Assembly (NCBI GenBank): GCA_965235115.1
Contig: OZ249436.1
Coordinates: forward strand, 6,760,001 to 6,820,000
Source: Laetmonice hystrix
Lineage: Eukaryota
DNA: 60,000 bases
Direction: 5' to 3'
Made by a program: the position numbers and the translations under genes. Under the pieces are notes generated by a model. The model was not told the origin of the DNA. It made no database searches and saw only the letters and a list, made by a program, of their open reading frames with translations. The number at the start of each line of letters is the position of its first letter. The stretch's first letter is position 1. This document shows positions 51,713 to 60,000 of the stretch, piece by piece.

Positions 51713-54700
51713 GCCTGGGTCAGGGGGACGACAATTCCATAAGGGTGCCGTTTAAGAAAGACATAGGCACACCCCCATATATACCGATAAACTGTGGAGA
51801 AGGTGGAACGGTTTGGGCGGCACTGGATACGTGTGCCAGCCATTCCTTTGTGAACAATAGTACTAGGTCAAATTGGCATAAGGAAAATATACAAGAAATA
51901 GAAGAAGTGCACGAGTTGGTAACTATGGCAGATGGATCAGCTGTTTTAGTGGAGGAAGTGATACAGTTAAAATTTAAAATCGGCGATAAATTGGTATGCC
52001 ATTCTTTTACAGTCCTTCCGAATTTACAATACAACATAATTCTAGGGAGAGACTTTTTGATCAAGTATGGCGCAAAACTGAATTATGACAAGGGAGAGAT
52101 ACGGCTTGGAGATCTGATAACAGCGGGTGTAGAGACATCTACGGCCGTGCCACCATTCTCAGAGGTGATTTTAGCATGTGTATTATCAGAAGAATTGCAG
52201 GATGGCACGGTGGCTATGACATCCGCCACAGGGGTCGAGACAGGGAAGTTTATTACGGGAAAGACCGTGACAAAGGTATGCGAAAACAGAGTATTGGTGC
52301 GGATAATGAATCCCTCAGAGGAAATTATCATCATTGAACCAACTGAGCCGGTAGCGTTGGTAGATGTAAACATACAGGTACCGGAGGGCAGCGAGGACAG
52401 CACGGAGCCGAAAACGGTTCTATCAACACAAAAATTACATAAGGGCCTGGAACCTATTAACTTTGACCTCTCGGGGTCAGACCTAACAGCTGACCAGAGG
52501 ATCATCTTTGAGGAAATGTTACAGCAGCACAGGGCCGCTTTTGCTGTCACGTTGGAGGAGTTAGGAAGCTGTGATTTAGCGCCTATGCGGATTGAGTTAC
52601 AGGAGGGAACACGACCAATTACGACTACTCCGTACCGGTATAACCCAAGACATCTCAGGGAATTAAGTCAACATGTCGATCAGTTATTGGATATTGGAAT
52701 ATTGGAGCCGTCTGATTCGGTATGGCGTAGCCCTATTGTGGTAGTTCGTAAGCCAGATGGAAGGATTAGAATGTGCACGGATTTCCGCAGACTTAACAAA
52801 GTAACGGTCAAAAACAAATTTCCCATGCCTACGGCCAGGTCGTTATTTCTGATTTTGGCAGCGAAAAAGCCGACGCTGATGTCCAGAGTCGATTTATCCA
52901 GTGGATATTTTCAGTGCGATCTAGAGGAAGGTTCACGACAGTACACAGCATTCGAGGCACCAACACAAGGAATTGTTCAATACACGAAGATTCCCATGGG
53001 ATTAGTGGGAGCACCGTGGGCTTTCTCAAAAGTCATGTCATTACCCTTAAGAGGACTAGTTCCGTCGGTATGTGTCTCATTCATGGACGATTGTCTAGCT
53101 TTCGATTCCGGGTTTCAGGAACATTTGGAGAATGTTTCGACTTTGTTGAAGGCTCTTATTCAAGCAGGATTAAAACTGAAACCGGAAAAATGTGAATGGT
53201 GTAGGTCTGAGATAGATTTCCTAGGATATGTTATATCAAGAGAGGGACTAAAAACACAGCAAAGGATTCTGGACAAAGTGGATCGATTTGGTCGGCCACA
53301 CAACTCGAAAACAGTGAGAGCATTCCTGGGATTATGTTCATATTACCGGGCTTTCATCCCACGATTTGCAGAGCGGGCGACGCCTCTGTATGCGTTACTG
53401 AAAAAAGGAGTAAAATTTGCATGGTCAGAAAAGGAGCAAGAAGCATACCAGGCACTTAAAGAAGCACTAGTTCGACCACCTGTATTAATTCATCCAGACT
53501 TTCAGGAAACATTTTACCTACTAACGGACAGCTCGGACACTTCGTGCGGAGCAGCATTGTGTCACTTTGTGAATGGAATTTATCGGCCAATTAGTTATTG
53601 GGGATGTACGATGAACAAAGCGGAGCTTAATTATACAGTATCGGAAAAGGAAGGTTTATCAGTGGTGCGTGCATTAAGACATTTCGAGGATGTATTGGAG
53701 GGAGCAACGGTTGTAGTAGTTACAGACCACAAGCCATTACTTTCGTTACTGGAGAATGCATATAAGGCACCGTCAAATCGCCTCAAACGGTGGGCCTTAT
53801 ATCTCGGAGGAATGGACATATCATATGTCTATGAACCAGGGAAAAAGCACTATATGGCGGATTATTTATCGCGAGTACAGACGGGAGACCCGCCATCGCA
53901 GGAGTGTGACCCGCCTATCGGAATCGACAGGATAATGTCTATGGATAAAGCCTGTTGTGTTGTAAACAAAGGAAATGAAGAAGACATAGAGGTGACAGAA
54001 AGGAGGGGGACGCCCACTCCACAAACAAAGGGGGAGGACTCAGTAGCAGTAGAAATCTCAATAGGAGAAGTAGCCTCACTAGGAGACGCCCGCAGGACGG
54101 ATGCCCCAGGAAGGGATGCCCCAGAAGAGGATGCCCGCAAGACGGATGGCCCTTATGCGCACAGAGATGCGCCAGGAAAGGATGCCCCAGGAAGGGATGC
54201 CCCAGAAGAGGATGCCCCAGAAGAGGATGCCCCCGGGAGGAATGCCCCCAAAAGGGACAACTCAAGAAAAGGGGATGTAAATGAAATAGGCCTACAAGAG
54301 GGTGTGGTCGCTCCCACCCTAGAAAAATACCATGTGCAGACAGACGGTCTGACACAGGCGACAGCATTGATACCGCTAATCCCGGACAACACAGTAAGTC
54401 TGTCAAAGGAAAAGGAGGATAACGTCAAAAAGAACATGGACAAGCAATGTGAAATGGCGACCAAAAAGGGCGCCGATGATAATAATGCGAGTTTGTCAGT
54501 AGAGTATATTATGGAGGAGCAGAAAAAGGACGAGGAATGTCGGAAAATGATGGATTATTTAGAAAACGGGAGTCTGCCCGAGGATTTCCAGAAAGCTACA
54601 AAATTAGTGGCGGAGGCAGAGTATATGCGAGTTACACTGCCGGGAATTTTATGCCATTTTCCACGGGTACGACATCACAGTAAGAAAATTATAAGACTAG

Positions 54701-56121
54701 AGCCTCGTATAGTAATTCCAGCGACACTAACGGGAGATGTTCTAAAGTTATTACATGATGACATTTTGGCAGGAGGACATTTGGGTCGTACAGCGCTCAT
54801 GGAAAAGGTAGCTTCGAAATTTTATTGGAGAGGAATGATGGCGGAGATATCGGATTACGTTCGACGCTGTTCAACATGCGCATTCAGGAAGCGAGTGCCG
54901 CATCCCAGGGCTCTGGCCAAGTCTTGGGATAGGCCAGCATATCCATTTCAGTGGGTACAGTGCGATTTCATTGGACCACTGATAACGGCTGATCAATACA
55001 AATACATACTGACCTTCATCGATGTATGTACGGGATGGCCAGAGGCTTTCCCCACCAAAGATCAGTCTGCCAAAACAGTAGCGGATGTTTTTCTGACACA
55101 AATTATTTGCCGTTATGGAAAAGTAGAACGACTACATTCAGACAGAGGAAAATCGTTTCTCAGCAAAGTTATGAAGGAAGTGACTTCCAGAGTGGGATGT
55201 CGACAGTCATTTACCAGCGGGCATATGCCAAAAGGAAATGCAAGAGTAGAAAGATTACATAAATCGTTGGAGGATATGATTTCATGTTATATTGAAGGAG
55301 CACATGTCGGGTGGCCGAAATTGATTCCATCAGCTTTGTGGATTATACGATCAACGGTCAATGCAAGAACAGGATTTTCACCATACACGCTGTTGTATGG
55401 CAGGGACGCACTCCCTATGAACGTTCCCGTCATAAACGATGGGCAGGATACGGGCCCACGGGATGATAATGAACAATTTGCAGATGTTGTGGAACGTCTG
55501 AAGGTAATGCGCGATATGGCAACTAAGGTTACAGATGAGTACGAGCAGCAGATGAGAAATAAGTTGGACGTAGGTGCGAGGCCGACGGACATTGATGTGG
55601 GGGACTGTGTCTATTTGTATGACCCTACATGTGCAGCAAATCGTGTTTCCAAATTTAGTGCGAGATATACAGGGCCATATCGGGTGGTAGACAAGAAGGA
55701 CGATCACATGATCAAACTTAGATCGTTATCAACAGGAAAAACATTGGACCATTATTATAATGTCAATAAGGTCAAGCGTGCGTATTTAACATGGGCTCCT
55801 ATGCTAGGAGACCCAGAGGACATACCAGTGCCGGAGGAGCCAGCCACCTCACCTGGGGACACACATACAACTCAACCACATAAAGAGAGTGATACGGCCA
55901 GGGACGTCCCAGTTCACGAGGAGCATCGAAAAAGAACACATCGGGACATTAAGGAAGATCAGCAGGATACATACTGGTCCATTGATAGGATTATAAGGAA
56001 AAGACAACTTAAGTCCGGTGAATGGACATATCTAGTTCAGTGGACAAGAGGAAAACAGAAGTCCTGGGTCAAGAGAAAGGACTTCAGTGAAGGATTCAAC
56101 CCGGACGATAATATGTGTTAG
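51607..56121 (+). CDS. pol: Pol polyprotein: aspartic protease, reverse transcriptase, RNase H, integrase, chromodomain-like C-terminus
   Basis: AALDTCAS and ILGRDFL (PR). WRSPIVVVRKPDG, RMCTDFRRLN, PMGL, FMDD, FLGY (RT). TDSS, EKEGL, TDHKPL, ADYLSR (RH). H-H-C-C, QCDFIGP, HSDRG, VERLH, GPY (IN). YWSIDRII...YLVQW...SWV (chromo-like). Probably translated as a Gag-Pol fusion. Confidence 0.97.
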   Translation: MEAAGKGKPPRDHTIGQAGKTSGKRRSRPSTAGTVSLGQGDDNSIRVPFKKDIGTPPYIPINCGEGGTVWAALDTCASHSFVNNSTRSNWHKENIQEIEEVHELVTMADGSAVLVEEVIQLKFKIGDKLVCHSFTVLPNLQYNIILGRDFLIKYGAKLNYDKGEIRLGDLITAGVETSTAVPPFSEVILACVLSEELQDGTVAMTSATGVETGKFITGKTVTKVCENRVLVRIMNPSEEIIIIEPTEPVALVDVNIQVPEGSEDSTEPKTVLSTQKLHKGLEPINFDLSGSDLTADQRIIFEEMLQQHRAAFAVTLEELGSCDLAPMRIELQEGTRPITTTPYRYNPRHLRELSQHVDQLLDIGILEPSDSVWRSPIVVVRKPDGRIRMCTDFRRLNKVTVKNKFPMPTARSLFLILAAKKPTLMSRVDLSSGYFQCDLEEGSRQYTAFEAPTQGIVQYTKIPMGLVGAPWAFSKVMSLPLRGLVPSVCVSFMDDCLAFDSGFQEHLENVSTLLKALIQAGLKLKPEKCEWCRSEIDFLGYVISREGLKTQQRILDKVDRFGRPHNSKTVRAFLGLCSYYRAFIPRFAERATPLYALLKKGVKFAWSEKEQEAYQALKEALVRPPVLIHPDFQETFYLLTDSSDTSCGAALCHFVNGIYRPISYWGCTMNKAELNYTVSEKEGLSVVRALRHFEDVLEGATVVVVTDHKPLLSLLENAYKAPSNRLKRWALYLGGMDISYVYEPGKKHYMADYLSRVQTGDPPSQECDPPIGIDRIMSMDKACCVVNKGNEEDIEVTERRGTPTPQTKGEDSVAVEISIGEVASLGDARRTDAPGRDAPEEDARKTDGPYAHRDAPGKDAPGRDAPEEDAPEEDAPGRNAPKRDNSRKGDVNEIGLQEGVVAPTLEKYHVQTDGLTQATALIPLIPDNTVSLSKEKEDNVKKNMDKQCEMATKKGADDNNASLSVEYIMEEQKKDEECRKMMDYLENGSLPEDFQKATKLVAEAEYMRVTLPGILCHFPRVRHHSKKIIRLEPRIVIPATLTGDVLKLLHDDILAGGHLGRTALMEKVASKFYWRGMMAEISDYVRRCSTCAFRKRVPHPRALAKSWDRPAYPFQWVQCDFIGPLITADQYKYILTFIDVCTGWPEAFPTKDQSAKTVADVFLTQIICRYGKVERLHSDRGKSFLSKVMKEVTSRVGCRQSFTSGHMPKGNARVERLHKSLEDMISCYIEGAHVGWPKLIPSALWIIRSTVNARTGFSPYTLLYGRDALPMNVPVINDGQDTGPRDDNEQFADVVERLKVMRDMATKVTDEYEQQMRNKLDVGARPTDIDVGDCVYLYDPTCAANRVSKFSARYTGPYRVVDKKDDHMIKLRSLSTGKTLDHYYNVNKVKRAYLTWAPMLGDPEDIPVPEEPATSPGDTHTTQPHKESDTARDVPVHEEHRKRTHRDIKEDQQDTYWSIDRIIRKRQLKSGEWTYLVQWTRGKQKSWVKRKDFSEGFNPDDNMC
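51673..51732 (+). other. -1 programmed ribosomal frameshift signal (gag-pol)
   Basis: G GGA AAC in the gag frame at 51673-51679, a 6-nt spacer, then stem GTCGTCCCT (51686-51694) pairing with GGGGACGAC (51724-51732). Pol is in the -1 frame. Confidence 0.8.
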
Positions 56122-56264
56122 AGAAGACAGTAAAGAAAACTTACCAGTACATTACTCCGAGGCCATTCGAAGGAGTGTGGAAATATCATCAGCGGACATA
56201 GAGGTGTAGGCGCCTGCCGTGTGCGGTTGGCCATCTTGGGGGACGGCGCCCAGCCACAGCCATA

Positions 56265-58952
56265 ATGAACCCGTCCACGCGCGTGAAACCCCCTGACTGC
56301 TCCATGGTGATGCAAGGAGTGACCAACGAAGGCCAGGCCAGAGTATCCCGAGACGTTTTGGGGATACTAATGATGATGATAATGATAATTGGACAGTCGG
56401 AGGCGGTGTTTCTGCAGGACCCGGAGTTGAGGCTGGATTACGGAATAGTTTTCCAGCCATCTAAGCTAATATCAACAGCAGAGTCGGTTTTCTTCTACCA
56501 GGTCTTCAAGGTGGAAGTCCCAGGGGTAGAGTTCGGACATGTGGATAATCTATTGAAGGTGTGTAGCCTCAGAGGTCGACGCGGGGTTACATACGGAATT
56601 GGCGTACACAAGGCTTGTATGAGGTTCAGCACATACATAAAATCGGCAGCGCACGGGTTAAATGAGACCATGAGGACGGTTCAAGGTATCATCGATGATG
56701 CAATAGGGTTACTGTCAACTGATAAGTGGTCAGCCAGGAGAGAGCCCAGAGCACCCTTTGAGATCATATCAGATATCAGCTACCATCTGTTTGGCACGGG
56801 ACGAAATAGAGATATAGCTAAGAACGCCAAGGCTATAAAAGCGATTTCTCGAGGTTTACAAGGTTTTGGGAAATTGCAAAACGAATTATCACAGGAAAAT
56901 ATTCACTTAATCAATGTAACAAACAACAGGGTGGACAATTTGGTAGAAGCATTACTCAAAGCTCATCACCGGGTGGACAATCTCACTACTTTCACTAGGA
57001 AAATAGCAGTGCAAATGAACAATGTAAAATTAAACTTAACCGCGACAAGGTATTACCAAATTCTATTCCCGGCATTAGTAGCTAGGGTACAATATATGCA
57101 GTTGGCGGCCCAAGCAATGATGGTGGATTCAGTACGATTTTTGAGAGGAGTACGGGACCTTGCCAGGGGGGAATTATCTCCAAACCTGGTGCCAGCGTCT
57201 GTGCTTAAACAAGCTCTCGCGAATGTGACTAAAATTTTGCAAGGACGGTTTCCACATCATCATCTGGCATTCAAGTCGGCCCCATATTACTACGACAATG
57301 CAGATCCAGTTTACTATAAGCAGAATAATTACATAAACATAGTCATTAGGATACCACTAGCCTCCCAGCAGCATCTCTTCAGGATATACCATGTCCAGGT
57401 GTTTCCAGTACCCATACATATGGTTAATAACAGCAGAGTCGACGCAACAATAATGGAAAACCTACCACACGAAGTGGCTATTTCGGTAGATAAATCTTTT
57501 ATTATTCCACTATCGGATCATGACTGGCAGGATTGTACGGGGGACGAAGTGCAAACTTGTCCAAATTTATGGTACATGCAATATATGCAGGCAGATTTAT
57601 GTGTAGCCGCATTATACAGAGACAGTGATGTTTCTATAAGGAAATTGTGCGATTCTTCATATATACTAAGAGCTGACTTCCCAGAAAGGTTCATTTATCT
57701 GGGAAAGGGAATGGCAGTAGTTAGTGCCAGAACAACGACTGTTAATATTATGTGTCGCAATGAGCCCGACAGGTATGTCAGTCTTGCCCGACTAGCATTA
57801 TTCCGAATGGGATGTGATTGCGCGCTCAGCACAAAGGACACGTGGATACCATATCAGTTACACGGGTGTGAGCAACAACTAATGACGACTACAATACACT
57901 ACCCCATCAATGCTTTATTAATGGACATGTTGCACATGGATTTCATAGGGGAGAAAGCAGAACGTCTTCTTGAGACACCATGGGTGGTGGAGGACCCAGT
58001 ACCTCCAGTGGAACGGTTCCGTTATGAAGATTTCAAGAAAACGGAAAGGAACCTGAAACTATCAATGACGGACTTCCGTACGGCAAGACAGTTGCAAAGG
58101 CCATTGTTTATTGACCAGCTTCAGCGTATACACTCGGCACAGTCGGTGTTGGACATTAAATCGTGGATTACTGTGGGATTGGTTCCAGTGGTGGTCATAG
58201 TTATATTTGTTATCTGTGCATTACTAAGAAAGCACCGGGCAACTGTTTTGGCCCTGACGGCAATGGGAGCGCCACGAGCCAGTGCGCAGATTGTTCTTGG
58301 TGGACCGGGTCCTTGTCAGCCAGACGGAACACTTGAATATCATGTGGCGTCAGCTTTATTTGGAACTTTGGGAGTTATTGCGCTCCTAGTTATTGCAGGC
58401 CTTGGTATAATGGCAGGAATGATGTATGCAAGACGCCACGTACACGAAGTGTCGGGGTTGGCGCTGCAGGTAAATACGGGAGCGGAGATTGTCACCATTC
58501 TCCTAGGTAAAATGAACTTTGCAACTGACGCGGTCTGGCTGGCTAGGACGCCACTGCTTACACATTATGCGGTGGCAATGTCGGGTCTACAGGCGGTGGT
58601 GAACTTCAGCTGGGGAACAACGCTTCGGGTCAGAGGTCATTTGGACCTGAACACGCAGGCAGCGACTATTTTGTCGTTGCCACGATCGGCAAGAATATCG
58701 AGACACAAGGCTAGGGTTCTCGCAGGCGTGGAACCAGCGAGGGCTCTAGTCAGGTTGGTTAGATTTGACGATGGTCTTGCCACCATCATCCCAGTGGAGG
58801 GCCGCCTGCCGGCGGCATGGTTCGCTGTAACGGTCGCACAACGTTATCCGGTTCCGGCAGAGCCGTTCTATGCACAAGGGCCACCACTGAGGGCAAATCC
58901 ACACGAAGTCGAAACAACAAGGTGCCACGAGGAGGACGAAACAAGAAATTAA
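56265..58952 (+). CDS. env: Envelope glycoprotein, class I (F-type) fusion protein-like, 895 aa
   Basis: Signal-peptide-like segment (VLGILMMMIMIIGQSEA). RREPR|APFEIISDISYHLFG cleavage site plus fusion peptide. Heptad-repeat helix, several N-x-S/T sequons, Cys-rich domain, TM helix WITVGLVPVVVIVIFVICALL and a second hydrophobic helix. It occupies the ORF3 position. Confidence 0.9.
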   Translation: MNPSTRVKPPDCSMVMQGVTNEGQARVSRDVLGILMMMIMIIGQSEAVFLQDPELRLDYGIVFQPSKLISTAESVFFYQVFKVEVPGVEFGHVDNLLKVCSLRGRRGVTYGIGVHKACMRFSTYIKSAAHGLNETMRTVQGIIDDAIGLLSTDKWSARREPRAPFEIISDISYHLFGTGRNRDIAKNAKAIKAISRGLQGFGKLQNELSQENIHLINVTNNRVDNLVEALLKAHHRVDNLTTFTRKIAVQMNNVKLNLTATRYYQILFPALVARVQYMQLAAQAMMVDSVRFLRGVRDLARGELSPNLVPASVLKQALANVTKILQGRFPHHHLAFKSAPYYYDNADPVYYKQNNYINIVIRIPLASQQHLFRIYHVQVFPVPIHMVNNSRVDATIMENLPHEVAISVDKSFIIPLSDHDWQDCTGDEVQTCPNLWYMQYMQADLCVAALYRDSDVSIRKLCDSSYILRADFPERFIYLGKGMAVVSARTTTVNIMCRNEPDRYVSLARLALFRMGCDCALSTKDTWIPYQLHGCEQQLMTTTIHYPINALLMDMLHMDFIGEKAERLLETPWVVEDPVPPVERFRYEDFKKTERNLKLSMTDFRTARQLQRPLFIDQLQRIHSAQSVLDIKSWITVGLVPVVVIVIFVICALLRKHRATVLALTAMGAPRASAQIVLGGPGPCQPDGTLEYHVASALFGTLGVIALLVIAGLGIMAGMMYARRHVHEVSGLALQVNTGAEIVTILLGKMNFATDAVWLARTPLLTHYAVAMSGLQAVVNFSWGTTLRVRGHLDLNTQAATILSLPRSARISRHKARVLAGVEPARALVRLVRFDDGLATIIPVEGRLPAAWFAVTVAQRYPVPAEPFYAQGPPLRANPHEVETTRCHEEDETRN

Positions 58953-59467
58953 CTTTTCCCGTACACGGGGAGGAAGCATGCTTAGAAAAAAAAAAAAAAA
59001 AAAACATTGGGGTTTTACGTGTGCAGTGATGGACTTAGGCAACAATAACGGATAAACACGAGGAGTACGAGATGAACTGATTATTGTGTTTAACTACGAA
59101 TTACGAAGGAATACGGAACTGACTTAGAAAATATATGTAAGACGTTATTTAAACGTTGATAATGGATACAATGGAAGATGCTTAGTAATTATATAAATGT
59201 ATATATATATATATATCTATCTATGAATGTATTTAAACGGTAATAATGTATACAACGAAGCATGCTTAGAAATGTTATAGGTAGAGATCTATGACTGTAT
59301 TTACAAGTCAATTGATAAGGTATACGATGGAGCATGCTTGGTAATTATTTCTATATATCTTTAACGGTCTTTACAAGTAGGCGATAAAGCAAGCTTAGTG
59401 AATGTTAGTTAGATAGTTATTATGGTGGACTTCCCCGGGTATAAATAATTCCCTGCGGAAATTATTT

Positions 59468-59486
59468 AAAAGGGGGACCCGGCGGG
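59468..59486 (+). other. Polypurine-tract region (imperfect)
   Basis: AAAAGGGGGACCCGGCGGG immediately precedes the 3' LTR. Confidence 0.65.
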
Positions 59487-60000
59487 TGTGTTGGCACACT
59501 GGGGTCGGATAAGAGCAGAAACCTGAGAGTCAGAGCAGAAATAGAGAGAGGTATAATTGGGACGCAGTAACACTTTAGACCAATAGGCGAGCAGAGAAGG
59601 GGAGCTAAGACCCAGATAGGCAAAGGAAACCAGGCCGGAATAATTGGGACGCAGTAACACTTTAGACCAATAGGCAAGCAGAGAAGGAGAACTAAGACCC
59701 AGATAGATAAAGGAAACCAGGCCGGAATAATTAGGAGGCAGTAACACTTTAGGCCAATAGGAGGAGAGTGCAGGTTAGGACATGACATAGATCGAGAAAA
59801 CTGACATAGATCGAAAATAAGGGGGGTATAAATAGGAAAATAGAAGGAATCAAAGGCGCAGTGCAGTGTCTTAAGATCAGAAAAGTGGGAGAGAGGAGTG
59901 AGCTGGTGGTCTTCACTAGGTTGTGGGATACGATAAGATCCAGAGAACGGAATTTACGGGACTATACGAGGGAGTATACGAAAGCCGGATTATCAAGTGT
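59487..60000 (+). repeat. 3' LTR (first 514 bp; truncated by the window)
   Basis: Matches 49064-49577; I see no difference by eye, and the antisense ORF translations are identical. Confidence 0.96.

Larger units (their letters stand above)
49064..60000 (+). mobile_element. Env-bearing Ty3/Gypsy (Metaviridae) LTR retrotransposon / endogenous virus-like element; 3' LTR runs off the window
   Basis: LTR-PBS-gag-pol-env-PPT-LTR organisation. Pol order is PR-RT-RH-IN. Three long uninterrupted ORFs. Confidence 0.97.

Noticed and set aside
50464..55707. Antisense and alternate-frame ORFs inside gag and pol (poly-Cys, poly-Leu and others)
   Set aside because: These are shadows of the polyQ tract and of the coding strand, with no independent motifs.

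Overview
Eukaryotic, repeat-rich genomic DNA, probably from an invertebrate animal (inference). No host protein-coding gene can be supported. Bases 1-49000 hold about a dozen unrelated minisatellite arrays (roughly 17 kb in total), decayed LINE remnants, a TTAA-flanked palindromic MITE, and a 4.7-kb PIF/Harbinger DNA transposon (34990-39683). The Harbinger's intron-containing transposase is inactivated and interrupted by a nested 9-bp-TSD foldback MITE. From 49064 to the window end lies an apparently intact, very young Ty3/Gypsy-type LTR element with a retrovirus-like layout: ~1.05-kb LTR, tRNA-Ala-type PBS, gag, a -1 frameshift signal, pol (PR-RT-RH-IN plus a C-terminal chromodomain-like module), and an 895-aa class I fusion (F-type) env carrying an unusual extra membrane-anchored C-terminal module. 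This endogenous virus-like element is the most notable object in the window.
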